From the human T2T-CHM13v2.0 reference genome, Homo sapiens: a DNA stretch of 64,000 bases. Position 1 is the stretch's first letter; each line of letters begins with the position of its first letter. Positions 37,077 to 50,826 of the stretch are shown piece by piece. The DNA lies in the NCBI RefSeq assembly GCF_009914755.1, contig NC_060931.1; one strand, 5' to 3'. The notes under the pieces were generated by a model, which did not search any database, was not told the DNA's origin, and saw only the letters and a list, made by a program, of their open reading frames with translations. The position numbers and the translations under genes are program-made.

Positions 37077-40000
37077 TGATTCATATAGCTTGAAATAAAA
37101 TGAAGAAAGTAAGAAGGGATGCAATGTTGTGTATCATAACCTGTTTTATATAAACATATATTCTAACTGGCATATATTAAAACAAGACGCAGAAGAAAGA
37201 AACATTATGGTTCAAGAAATCATGACAAAGAAAAATTGTTCAGAGCATTCTGTGAGTTTTATATTATTGTTTCCCCCTTCCAGAATGTCATAAAAAATCT
37301 TTATTATTACTATCCCAAATGAAGCTATATGCAATGCTGTCCAAAGTCATCAAGGCTGAATAATGCTGAGGTGTCTAACGAATACTATAAGTGTTTTAAA
37401 TAGGTCAATTTAACTTGTCCAATGACACGAGAGTGCTATTTTCCACCAAAGACCTTGTAATTAAGTTAAGGGCTGTGTTTCAGTTCATTATCACAATATG
37501 CATCACAGAACTACAATGAGCTAAAGCAGACCCATCACCATGTGTTGCTGTGGCTAATGAGACTTCTTCTTGTTTGAAATTTATCTGCTTTATATTCATT
37601 TAAATAGTCAGACAGCACGGTTGGAAATATGTTGCTTGGTTTCTGCTGCTGTATGTTTTCAGCAAATCTCTGGAATAATGTAAATATGTAATGGACAGCC
37701 CAATACAATTGTTGGTAATTCTAAGGGTCAGGAATCCACATAATGATCTTCTCGTAATAAAAAGATAAAAATCATGCCAGCAAGATTTCTCATCTGTGAC
37801 TCTAGAAACCGATATCTGGCAATGTTTCTAAAACATCACAAAGTTTGTTATGATCTACTTTGAAATAAATGTGGGTACAGTGAAATGCTGTATGGATTTC
37901 AGATAAAATATGGGCTTTTGCAGTGAGCTTTTGTTCCAGTTTAATTCTGAAGAAAAATTTTCTTGTGAGTTTTAGTTCACATGTTCCTAATTTTATATTA
38001 AAAATGTGAACAAATATAAAGAAATTAATCTTTAATAATTATGCTGTATTTCAATCTATGGGCAAAGTTGTATATAAATTTGTTCATATTGTACAGAAAA
38101 AAAGTCTAGTCTGTTTTTCAAAACTAACCTTTTAACACGTGTATTAGTACAACATTAAACATAATTTTAATACATATTTGTCAGGAATAACATTTTTATT
38201 TATCAAAGTTAGAAAGTACTTAAAAGTAGACAGAAAGAACCCAATTAATGCTACTTAAACATATCCCCAAATAAAATTGTCTTGTACATTTCACAGCCAT
38301 TTTTCTCTGTATAATACGTAACTGAATGTGACTATTGCGCAAAAATGTGTGCATACACTTTACAATAAAGATGTACTATGAGAAAGTTGAAACCTCTCTT
38401 CCAAAGGCTGTTTTATAGCAGTGCATCATAACCTATTAACTGATTCCAAATGTGAGACCTATAGGAAGCTTTGGATTGTTACACATAAAAATGCCAAGTC
38501 ATTTTCTTAAGATAAATTCATAGTAATGGAAAAAGGAAAAATATAAAATAAAAATCATTAGTTCCTAAGGAAAAAAAAGCTATTATTATGATGTTATAAA
38601 TGTTTCTAGTAATCCCAATTATTCAATTGCCTGGACATAGCAAGATTTACTAAGCTTCTAGTAGCTACAAGAGTACATTAAAACAAATTCCTAGAAGCAG
38701 CTTATAATGTTAATTTTGTTCACAGTGTCACATAACTCGTGGAAAATTGGCCAATATTCAAGGCCATTAGCAATGTCTGAGAATCCATTGTCCTTTCTCT
38801 GTCAATGCTGACTCTGTCCTTTTTCAGGTGTATTTGCTAATTTGATTTAGTTATACCTCAACAGCATTTCACTGCTGCTTTAAGTTGCTTTCTTCAATTA
38901 CTAAGGCATTTGAATATTTATTTTTATATGGGGGGGTTATATTCTCTAAATGAGTCCTAAGAACATTTCCATTAAGCATGCCATTCTTGTTAAATGTGCT
39001 GTATCTGGTACAAGTTGTCACCTAACTTTATATTGTGCTAATGGTAATTTTCTCCCTCCTAGATATGGTTTCACTTTTGATATTCTTAGAAAAGCCTTCT
39101 TGCTTTAAGACAATAAAAGTATCAGAATTTCACTTTGCTGTTTATGATTTCTTATTATTTCCTTTTAATTCATTTTCTATATTTGAAAGGTGAAGTTATT
39201 TAATTATTTTTGCTTCTCCGTTTTCAAGCAAGCTTTTAAAATAGGACTGCTGTTTGAATATTGAATACACTGTTTTGAGTTTCTCCCTGATCATAAACAC
39301 CTTCTTCATGATATAAAAAGAAATCACATATATTTTGATCAATTTTATGTATTTAAGGGTACTTAAAGTACCCTTAACATGTGTAACGTAACAAAATACT
39401 CACTGTGTTCTTTAGCTCACTGGCAGTGTGATGAAAACAAGTAAATGGATACATAAACAGAGTTGGCACCTTGACTTACCTTGTGAATGACGCTCTATCT
39501 GCACAGATCTCAGGAGCCATTATGATTAACTGACAATGAAAAGGTAATTTCTAACTGATTTGCCCAGGGTGGGAGCTAGAAGGTTGATTTTATTAATCAA
39601 AGAGGCATATTTTATCCAATATTTGTCTGTACTTACAGAAATGTGTAGAGTTCTTTCACTTCCAATTTTACAAAAACAAGTAGAGATGGAACACCTATTC
39701 TGCAATGAAAATTACAGACAATTGGTGATAAAGACTCGTACAATGGACTGTGAAGCATTTAAGGTCTATTCAAGTATGTGTCTTCTGTTCCTTCTCATTA
39801 AGGAACTAATGATATTTCTTCATCACAGTGGCTAGAATTTTACTGATCCTGAATTTCTTTCCTTTTAGCTTCTCACAATGAAACTCAGATATAAATTTCT
39901 TATTTTAGGATCTTGATTTTCAATGTCAGACAATTCTTAGTTTATTTCATGGTGAGGCAAATGTTTCGGTAATTATGCACCACTCTGTCTTCAAGACTGG

Positions 40001-41420
40001 AGTGCAAGGGACTGCCTTTGCTTGGCAACTGGTTTTTTTTTTTTTCTGTAGAAACAGCAGTTCACAGTATGGCAATGTGTGGGGCGGGTGGAGGGCTAGT
40101 CCTCTTTTATAGGATTAGTCACTCCTGTCTGTGGTCTCAGGAATCTAGGTTCCTGGTGGCTTCGCATCGGCAGGCTTGGTATACATATGGCATCAGGAAA
40201 TCTACTAGGCAACAACTTCCCTAACATTTTATATGACAACACTAGCTTTTTTTTTCTCACAAACATACCAGTTTTACTATTTAAATCTGAGTAGTTGGCT
40301 TATAGAAGTATAGCTCTGCCAGAACCCAGCACTGCCCTAAACCATCTTGAATGAACGATGAATCCTCGAGGGTCAGGGCTGGTCCATGTTCTCTGACAGT
40401 TCACATTATTAAAGAAAATGTTTTGTGTTCATTTCTGTCAAATTAAAATACTTCCTAATATGTCAAGCAATTGCTTGTTTCGGGTATCTGTCAGATTTGC
40501 CATTGCTGCTAGATTAAGGTCAAAGTTGACAACTGAGCAAACATTGATAACATTTCCCAATAAGCAAGGGGATGATCCTGACAGCCTATTTTAGGTTGGA
40601 ATCTTATTTCTTACCTTATTCAACTTCAGCCACTTAAATATTGTACAAAGTGGGAACACAGCTGCTAAATGTATAAAAAGGCAAGTTTGATATTTAACAA
40701 AGATTAGGTTATTTAAAAACATTCTATCTACCATGATTATAGTCCGGAGAACCGTTACAAATTCAAGCCAAGTGTCTACAAATATTTAATCCACGTGCAT
40801 CTAGCAGAGAAGAAGCGGTTTCCAAAGTATGTTTGTTATAAGCACACATCTGTTGGTTACACATGACTAGTTTATCCTATCTTGGGTCTGATTATGTAAA
40901 AATATTTGCACCATCTGTTATTATCCTAGAATGTTTGTATGGGCAAGTTCATTAAAATTTTAAGATACTGTCCTCGCCTTACAAAAATAAAATAATTTTG
41001 TAGAATTAAGGGCAATGCTATCTTAAAAAATAATTGCATGTACTTGGTAATGAAGATAACATTTGTGGATTACTCACTGAAGCTCACATTCAGAGTTATT
41101 CAGAGGAGACTTGTTCAAAGTCACCTCTAAGATGCTACAATTGATTTTCATGCAAATGCCATGTTATAAGATTTAATAGCAAAAGGGAAATGTTTCACAA
41201 ATTAAAGGGAGAAATTCATTTCCAAGTAGTTCAACACATTTGTTGATTAAATTACTTTCAATAGGGTGACTCTATTTTCAAGGTCAAAGAATTTGTAGCA
41301 GAGTAAAAAGAGACTCTTCCTCAAAAATGATAACTATTAAATGTGTGCATTTATTACTAGGAAATCTCTAAAGCACTTGAGGCCACCAAATAATTTATTT
41401 TTATTTTCATCATATGATAT

Positions 41421-41859
41421 TGTCAAGACACAATTATAACAAATTTAGTTAAATGACCTAGGTGGCTTTGATTTTTTATTCATTAATCAGGTAGCATCTC
41501 ATCTAAAAATAGAGAGGTGCTATAGTGGGCATGACAGACAGGTGGCTTTCATAAGGTAGCTTGAGCAAGAACCAGGAAACAGCACAAAACAAAAAGTGGA
41601 TTACTATCAGATCACTTCAGGACATTTTCTTTGTAAGAGCTAAAGCAGAGGGGATTCCTTATCATGCCTGTTTAAAAGTGGCCTGTTTGGGGATTTGACT
41701 ACCGTCTCTCTTGATTTCTCAGAAGGTCAAATAAACAACTTGGTTTTGCTTTGGTGATGTGGGTCTTTAGCATTAGTGACTCCATTTTGGTTTGGCACAT
41801 TGGGGCCTAGTGCAGGAGCTCAGTCCAAATTAACAGCCTTCTGTATTTTCTATTTAACA
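41421..41859 (-). mobile_element. MER31-like ERV1 solo LTR
   Basis: The reverse complement begins tgttaaatagaaaat...ttggactgagctcctgcactaggcccc...aaaccaaaatggagtcact. The element has TG...CA termini. Confidence 0.7.
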
Positions 41860-42884
41860 ATCTCATTTATACTCTTAAGCACATTTCTAAAGATAGCCTT
41901 AGAAAGACCTGTTAGTTTTCTTAACTTTATTTTTAAGAAATAAAGATACTTAATCTGAAGCTCTACTTCTATATTGGTTGGATATATTTGTTGTTTTTGT
42001 ACCTGAAATAAAATGTGTACATTCAACTCTAAATGCAATCACAGTTTGGGTCTATAAAGTTGCTCATGCATAATAGTTTCTCTTCTAAAACGTCCTGAAG
42101 GCTGCCGAGTTCCAATGACCCATGTAGATAGCAGTTTCCACATTGAATTCTTTCTCTTTGTGCAAATACCAGGAGAATCTCTGGATTACAAAGGACTGGG
42201 CAAGCAGAGCTTCATCAAAAGGAATATTCTACTTGGCAGTACATATGTGAAGTAACTCTAGTCAGAGCAGAGAGAGTTCAATTTTTTTGTATTCTTAAAA
42301 ACAGCAACAGAATGTTATTTTTTTCTTTTTCACCTTTTGATATCTTCCCAAATTGTATGGAGATTCAGAAGACTAATGCGATTGGATGATTTTCTACCAC
42401 TTGGTACATCAGTTGTGGTAATTAGTGTGCAATAATATCTTTAGAATTAATGAATGGGCACTTGCATACTGTTTTTTTTTTAATTTAAAATTACTTTAAA
42501 AGTTCAGTTTCTTCAGTTTTATCCTACATTCTAAACATTTGAGAGGAAAAGTTACCGATAATTTTGCATTATTATATCATCTCAAATATTAAAACTATTT
42601 ACAAACATTCACAGATCATAACACCTCGAACTATTTAGGCAGAGAAAAACTCTTAATTTGATAGAGAAATTATTTATTGCTTTAAAAATTGATTGAAAAT
42701 AATTTGATGTTAATAACACAATTTCTGTATTATAATGGTAACCATTATAATGAAAGAAATCATTTTCTTTTTCAAAATTAATGATGTTCAGAATGTCACT
42801 GTATGTACATACTACTCAGTAACATATAGGAGACTGTAAGAAAACAAAGTTTCTTTTGAACTACTTTTGCTGATTTCTTGCACT

Positions 42885-44515
42885 TTTTTAATTTAGATGA
42901 AATTCACATAGCATACAGTTAACCATCATAAAGTGTACAATTCAGTGGCAGTCACTGCATTCAAAATGCTGTGCAGCCTCCACCTCTCTCTAATGTCAAA
43001 TATTTTCATCACTCACGAGAACATCCCATACACATTTCTGCCTCACCCTATCTCCTGGCAACTTCTAACATGCTGCCTCATTTCTAAAGGGTTTGCCCAT
43101 CCTGGATATTTATATTCATGTAAAAGGAATCATTCACTATCTGACCTTTTGTGTCTGGCTTATTTTACTTAGCATATGCTTTTGAGGTTCATCCAAATTG
43201 TAGCATGTGTCAGTACTCCATTATTTTTGAAAGATGAAAATATTCCATTGTATTTATATACCATGATATGTCTATCCACTCATCTGTTGACGGACCTCTG
43301 GGACAGGCACCTTTTGGCTGTTATAAATAATGCTGCTATAAAATTTGTGTATAACTTTCATACAGATGTGAGTTTTCCTCTTTCTCAAGTATATGCCTAG
43401 GAGTGGAATAGCTGAGTCGTACAGCAGTTCTATGTTTAACTTTTTGAGGAATTGCCCAAATCTCTTTCATAATGGCTATTTCATTTTACATTCTCAACAG
43501 CAGTATGTGAGAGTTCCTGTTTCTCCATGTCCTCCCAAACACTTATCATTTTACCTTATTTTGATTTTAACACACTCTACTAGGTATGGAGTGGTATCTC
43601 ATTGTGGTTTTGACTTGCTTTTCCTTCATCAACAATGATGTCGAACATGGCCTTTTGTTTTGTTTTGTTTTGTTTTTGGTTTTGGTTTTTTGGTTTTTTT
43701 TTCTTTTACCCGGGGTCTCACTCTGTCACCCAGGCTAGCTCACTGCAACCTCCGCCTCACAGGCTCAAGTGATTCTCCCACGTCACCTTCCCAAGTAGCT
43801 GGAACCACAGGCATGCACCACCATGCCTGGCTAACTGAACATCTTTTCATATGCTTTCTGGCCATTTGGATATTTTCTTTAGACAGTTGTCTATTCAAGT
43901 CATTTGTTCATATTTTATAAGTTGGATTGCTTGTCTTTTTGCTACTGAAAGAGTTCTTTGTATATTCTGGATACTAAACCCATATAAGGTACACGATTTA
44001 CAAGTATTTTTCCTCCCTGTCTGTAGGTTGTCTTTTCACTTTCCTGATAATGTCCTTTGATGCTCGACAGCTTTTAATTTTTATGAAGTGCAATCATCTA
44101 TCATGTTTTCTTTTATTGTTCATGACTTGGGGTCAAATTTTGGAATCTATTGCTAAGTAGAGACCATATAGATTTACCCCTGTGTTCTCTTCTAAAGGTT
44201 TTACAGTGTTAGTTTTTATATTTATGTTGTTGGTCCATTTTGAAATAATTTTTGTAGATGAAGCGAGGTTAGTGGTTCACTTTCATTATTTTACATTCTT
44301 TACCTCATTGTATAGTCTTTGCACTCTGTTGGCCATAGACTTTTAGATTTATTTTTTGACTCAATTCTTTCTCACTAGTCTGTATGTCTATTCAGTACCA
44401 CTTGATATTGATTATTGTAGTTTTGTAGTACCATTTAAAGTCAGAAAATGTGAGTCCTGCAACTTTATTTATCTTTTTCAGTATTGTTTTTGCTATTTGA
44501 GACCCCTTGTAATTC
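42885..44515 (-). mobile_element. L1MB-type 3' fragment
   Basis: L1M 3' UTR and ORF2 C-terminal sequence on the minus strand. Confidence 0.8.
43652..43835 (-). mobile_element. Alu monomer or truncated Alu
   Basis: T-rich tail followed by ggggtctcactctgtcacccaggct...caccaccatgcctggctaa. Flanked by gaacat on both sides. Confidence 0.85.
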
Positions 44516-45239
44516 TACAAGGGTAGACTAAATGAACCACTTATTATTACAAAAGGGAAAAGTGGCAGGCATTACCTGGCCTTCAAACTGAGCATGTGAG
44601 GACAGGCTGCATGTTGCTTCTTATCATCATTTGATGATGATATCTTCAAATTTTGAATTTGATTTTTTTTGTTATTTTGGCTATAGAATATTTAATATTG
44701 ATTTTGTCTTATCCAGATTTGAGCACACATTCTTAGTTATCTGCTTCTTTTTGTTTTCAAAGTATGTTCTCTTGATTATAGCATTTTTGCTAAGGGGGTA
44801 TTTATTATAATTATTTTTAAAGCTTAAAAACTCCAAAGTAAAAATTAGGCTAAACCTATATCTGTTGAAGAATAGGTGCTATGACCATATCTTAGCCAGA
44901 AGTTAGCACTTCCCTGGCTAATTCTGAATGCCACAGCAAATGTATAGGAATACCACTTACCTGAGCCTTGCCATGAGCCCCTTGATTGTAGAGGAATTCC
45001 TTCCCCCAAGCACCTGCACTGCTGGAACTGTGGGACAGCAAAGAGCAGAAGTAAACTGAAAATATCCTTTACGTATTCAGATCTCCTTAGCTTGCATTCA
45101 CACTAGTCAAGACCATCTATATTTCAAATATGGGATGAAGACAAATGACTCTATGTAAAGGTCAGATAAAAGTAATTAAAAAGTCATATATAAATAAAGA
45201 GATTGCAGTTATGGAGAGCTGTATTACTTTAAGAAATCA

Positions 45240-45828
45240 GACTAGGTTCTTCTTTTATAACAATTTCTTCAGCAAAATAAGAAATTTTTAGAAATTTTGC
45301 CATAATGGAGAACAGCTGACTACTATAAAAAAGGAAACAGTCTAAGAACAGAAAAATTACACAATGGCTTTATATAAAACTATGTAGGACCAATGGACAT
45401 TAAGCTGGATGCTAAGAAACAGATCAGAGAAAAAATTTTAAAAGTTAAATATGTTAGAATAAAAAGTATAATAAATTAATGAGAGCATAGTTAAAACAAG
45501 AACATCTATTCTGCATAAACTAGAAATATAAATTAAAAGAAGAATAAAACTAGTAACAACTTTACGGAGCAGGAGGAAACAGTAAATTTACAGTTTGAAA
45601 GAGATGAGCAATCAATATTAAGTATACTAACATGAACACACAACTTGGTGAATATTTGCAATTTCAAGAATAAAATGAAAATTTTTTAAAGCATATAATC
45701 AGAAAACATGGTGTCTTATTTTTTTCACCATCATGTTGCCAGAACAACACAGCATCAAACAATAGTTGGTGCCTAATAAATATTTTGAATATTTCTTAAT
45801 TGAATGAATGAATGAATGAATGAATGAA
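45240..45828 (+). mobile_element. Old L1M ORF1-like fragment followed by an L2 3' tail
   Basis: A-rich ORF1-like sequence, then ggtgcctaataaatatttt...(tgaa)n. Confidence 0.5.
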
Positions 45829-46389
45829 GTTAAAGTCAGAAGGACATCACGCCTAACACAAATCACACTAAGATCCAAATACAGAGATACGTGAATTCTT
45901 GTGGCCCTATAATTATATAGCCAGGTAGATATTACTTGAGGGGAAAACGTGTCCAAAATCAAAGATATAAACTCAGGACAACTAGCTAATGAATCTTCCT
46001 GAGAAAAAAAGTCCCTCAGAAAAGCTTCCTGAAAAAATAAGTTACAAAAAGAGACACAACACCATATGAGGAGAAAACCAAGGTGAAGAGTAACGAGTGA
46101 CAAAGTAATAAAGCTTTAGAGTGAAAGATGTTACAATTAAACAACCTAAGACTTGAATCAAGCATTTTAGTTGAAGGAAAATGGTTGTATAATGGAACCC
46201 TGTTACAAAAGACAAAAAATAACATTTGGGAATGTGTCTTATTTTGTTTGCTATTTTCCATATTAATATTAATACTAAAATAAACAGCGTTGTAAAAATA
46301 GTGGTAAGTAGTAAACGTCGGTCTGAGCGTTTGACCCCATTAGTGCCTCTCTTGTCTTCTTTCATTTGGAACAGTTTCCTTGTCTTTCC

Positions 46390-46835
46390 CTGTCTTTAAT
46401 AACTGGAGCATCTTTGAAGAACACAGTCTGGTTCCCATGTATAATGTGCCTCAATTCAGGTGTAGCTGGTGTTTTATGCTGAGAAATTAAGTAATTTAGT
46501 TGAAAAAAAATGGTTGTGTAATGGAACCCTGTTATAAAGCACAAAAAATAATAAATAACTGGAAACACTTTTTCCATATTAATATTAATACTAAAGTTTT
46601 AATGCAGGTTTGCGTTTCCGATAGGAATACCACAGGCATTCCTATCGGAGATGCATTCTGCTCAGCACGTCTTATCCAGACGCACCTTTCTCCTCCTGGT
46701 TAAGGTAGTGTCAGTCAGATTTCCTCACTGTAAAGTTATTAATAAGTATGTCATAATTAATCAGTATTAATTATCTGTGAGTCAGTACTTTGAAGCTATG
46801 TCAACATCGTGTTCCTCATCCAACATTCACCCAGC
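46390..46835 (-). mobile_element. L1MC-type 3' UTR fragment, rearranged
   Basis: ggttaaggtagtgtcagtcagatttcctcactgtaaagtta...gtactttgaagctatgtcaacatcgtgttcctcatc. Confidence 0.6.
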
Positions 46836-46839
46836 TGCT

Positions 46840-47249
46840 GCGTGAAGGTCAAGAGACTTGGGAAGCAGATTCTGAGATGGGGACATGCACATACCAAGAT
46901 GTAGGAGGAGGACGGGCAGAGGGAGAGGTTGAGCCGTGAGGCATCCCCAAAGGGAGCCTCAGCCTGTCCCGCGGAGGTCGCAGCCTGGATGCTTGCCTCC
47001 TTCCAGTTGTCCTGAATGGGGTGAAGGGGCCAGGCCTTTCTCCAGCCCCCACTGACCTGTCACTGGAGGTGGGCTGCCTCTGGAGAGAGGGCGTCACCTT
47101 GGCCGTGGTGGTTCTTTTCACTGTAGAATAATCCTCCAAAAAGGAAATCCCCAAGTTCATAGCTGTCAACACCCCCAGTGCCTAGACCCAAGAAATCTGG
47201 GTCCTGGAGGGGAGGTAAAATCTGGATGGCACACCCCAGCGCTATTACA
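46840..47249 (-). mobile_element. LTR16-like ERVL solo LTR
   Basis: GC-rich block gaagcagattctgaga...gttgtcctgaatggggtgaaggggccaggcctt...cagcgctattaca. Confidence 0.65.
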
Positions 47250-48049
47250 GAGGGTAGAATATGCCTGAAAGCCAGAAAGATATGCACAAGGGAAGGGGCC
47301 ACCACAGTGGCACTGCACGCAGAGAGCACTGTGGACACAGATGCATCAGAGACAAGTCCTATTTGTCAATGTCAGCCCAGTCTCAGTTCTGGACTTCTCT
47401 TCATGGTAACTTACCACAAAAGCAAAACTTCGCTTTAAACACTTGCTAACAAAGTGCTGACCCCTGAATTTGTTATGTTTGTTGTGAACTAATTTATCTG
47501 TGGTAAGGGGGCAAGATGAGGATAGAAAAATCACAAATGAGAATATTTTGTAATACTCAGAGGAACACACAGGAAGAAAAACTGGTGCTCAGGGGGTCTA
47601 ATAATTGCAATTTCCTTGCTAATTGCCTTCAGGGGTAAAAATGTCATCTTCATGCATAATAAATTTTTAAAAATCAATATTTAAGACCTCATCAGAAAGT
47701 TGTATCACTGAGTAACATGAATATCTCTGCTGACTCTGGGGCAATTTGTTGCTATTTGGGGGCCTTTGACTGTAAAATGCTGAGATAAATAAGTGCTTAT
47801 GAAGTCTGCAAATTCCAATCAGAAAATTAGGCAGAGTTAACATGACATCTTTTTAAAAAGTCTTGTTATGGTTTCTGTACAGGAATATTTGGTCATCTGT
47901 GTTTAAATTAAATGGGGCTCTAGTGTTTAAGCCTTTGATCGTCCCGTTTCATATTACATTTTGGAGAGGATAATATATTTTAATATGTCCACAGAATCAA
48001 AATGAACTACAGGTTGAATATGTTTATGAGCATTGACCAGTGCCTAATT

Positions 48050-48245
48050 CAATAGTTCTCAAAGTTTATGCTTTTCTGAGTCCTTTGAATTGTTAGATTG
48101 TATCTATTATTATTTTACTGTACCAGAAGTGAAAATAAACCATTTTCTAAATATTTATTTATAAATTACTGAAAATTAATTATCATTACATGTTACCATA
48201 AAAAGCATATTTTAAAAAATAAGCATACTTTCTAAAAAAAAAAGT
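48050..48245. mobile_element. hAT-type DNA transposon fragment
   Basis: caatagttctcaaagttt terminus followed by an AT-rich body. Family uncertain. Confidence 0.4.
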
Positions 48246-48873
48246 ATATATAACTTCTGCACTGAGAAGAAAATTCAGCCTCATGCAGGCATAGAGACAA
48301 ATTTTCAATTAAGCCATTTCTTTTAAAATAATTGTACATTTACATGCAGATGCTAGAAGTAATATAGAGAGACCCCGTATACCCTTTACCCAGTTCCCCC
48401 CAATGGTAACATCTTGCAAAACCATAGCACAATATCACAGCCAAGACATTGACAATGAGGTCAAGATGCAGAATATTTCACAACAACAAATATTCTCCCT
48501 TTCTATAAAATGCCATTTTAAGAATATTATGTAAGTGGACTGTAACATTTTGGGATCAGCTATTTTCACTTGACATAGTTTTCTGGAGACTCATCAGGTT
48601 GTGTATGAACTAATGGTTTGTCCCTTTTTATTGCTGACTATTAGTCAGTGTTATGGGTGTACCACAGTGTGCTTTGAAGAACATCTGGACTGCTTCCAGA
48701 GTTTTGCTATGATGAATAAAACTGCTAAAAACATTAGTGTACAGGCTTTCTGTGAACTGGTGAGTCATATGATAATCACATATGAAAATCACAGTTTTTA
48801 GAAACTGCCAAATTTTTTTCCAGAGTGGCTGTTTTATTTTCCATTTCCAACAGCAATTTATGAGTAATATAGT

Positions 48874-49232
48874 TGTATTAGTCCGTTCTCACAGTGCTAT
48901 ACAGAATTACCTGAGACTGGGTAATTCATGAAGGAAACAGGTTTAATTGACTCACAGTTCCACAGGAAGCATGGCTGGGAGGCCTCAGGAAACACAGTCA
49001 TGGTGGAAGGCAAAGGAGAAGCAAACATGTCTTACCATGGCAAAGCAGGAGAGAGAGAGAAATGAGGGCGAAGTGCCACACACTTTTAAACCCTCAGATC
49101 TCGTGAGAACTCACTCACTATCACAAGAACAGCAAGGGGGAAATCCATCCCCATGATCCATCCACCTCCCACCTGGCCCCTCCTCCAATTCAACATGAGA
49201 TTTGAGCAGGAACACAAATCCAAGCAATATCA
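48874..49232 (-). mobile_element. THE1D/MSTA-type MaLR solo LTR
   Basis: tgtattagtccgttctcac ... caagcaatatca. TSD atagt/ctagt. Confidence 0.88.
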
Positions 49233-50397
49233 CTAGTTTTCCTTCATCTCCATCACCATTTGCTGTAGTCACAGTTTTTATTTTAACCAGGCTAAAAGTT
49301 ATGTAACAATATCTCATTGTGGTTTTAACTAGCATTTTTCTAATGGCTAATAATATTCGACATCATTTCATGTGCTTATTTGTCATCTCTATATTCTTAT
49401 CACTGAAATACTTGTTCATGTATTTTGCCCATCTTCTAATTGGATTGTTTTATTGTTTACTGTTGAGTTTAGATAATTTATTTTATATATTCTAGATACT
49501 AGTTCTCTGTTGGACATGTGATCCACAAATATTTCTCTGTCTGTAGCTTGTCCTTTCATCTTTAAACATGATCTTTTACACAGTAAAACTTTTTAATTTT
49601 AATGAAATTCTATTTATTAGTTTTTCTTTTATGGATCATGTTTTTGGTGTTAAATCTAAGAATTCTATGCCAAGTAGTAGATCCTGAAGGCTTTCTCTCA
49701 TGATTTTTCCCCTAAATGTTTTATAGTTTTACATTTTACACTTAAGTCTGTGATTCATTTTGAGTTAATCTTTGTATAATAGTTTTGTAAAGTATTAATT
49801 TTTATATAATTTCTGATGTGACCTAGGTGGAGCTGCCGCTAATTCTTCATTTATTCCTTTATTTGCCTCTGGATGTACAATTACCCCAGCTCCATTTATT
49901 GAAAAAGCTAAGGTGCTTCCTTTGAATTGCTTTTGAATTTTTGCCAAACTTGGTTTGGGTATGTTTGCTTGGGCCTACTTCTGGATTCTCTATTCTGTTC
50001 CCTTGATCTGTGTATGTCTCCTTCCACAAATACACACAGTCTTTATTACTGTATATTTTCACATTGGGTAGACTGATTCCTCCCACTTTATTTTACTTTT
50101 TTATTTTTTTAGCTATCCTAATACCTTTTTCAAAATTGTTTTAGTTATCCTAGTTTCTTTGCTTCTTCATATATATTTCATAATAACTTGTTTTATAAAA
50201 AATATTTCTGGTATTTGGACAGGAACTGTGTTAAATCGGTATATCTTTTTTTAACGAGTTGACATCTTTACTATGCTAAATCTTCCATTACATAATCATG
50301 GAATAGTCCACATTTATTTAAATCTTGAATTTCTTTTATCAGTGTTTTATAGTTTTCAGCATATAATTTGTGTATAAGTATTGTTGGATTTGCACCT

Positions 50398-50826
50398 TGT
50401 ATTAGGCTGTTGCAAAACTGCATTATTATAAACAAAGACCAGAGACTGGGTAATTTGTAATAAAAGAGGTTTAATGGCTCACAGTTCTGCAGGCTGTACA
50501 AGAAGCATAGCAGCATCAGCTTCTGGGGAGGTCTCAGGAAGCTCACAATCATGGCAGAAGGTGAACCAGGAACAGGCATGTTACATGGCCAAAACAGGAG
50601 CAAAAGACAGAAAGTACACATGGGTGTGGTTAATGCCATATACTTGAAAACAACCAGATTTTGTGTGAACAGAGTGAGAACTCACTTCTCACTAAGTGGA
50701 AAGCCCAAGCCACTCATGAGGGATCCACCCGCGTCATCCAAACACCTCCCAACAGGCCCACTTCCAACACTGAGGATTACATTTCAACATGAGATTTGGA
50801 CAGGGACAAATAGCCAAACTCTATCA
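50398..50826 (-). mobile_element. MSTB-type MaLR solo LTR
   Basis: tgtattaggctg ... ccaaactctatca. Perfect TSD cacct at 50393-50397 and 50827-50831. Confidence 0.9.
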
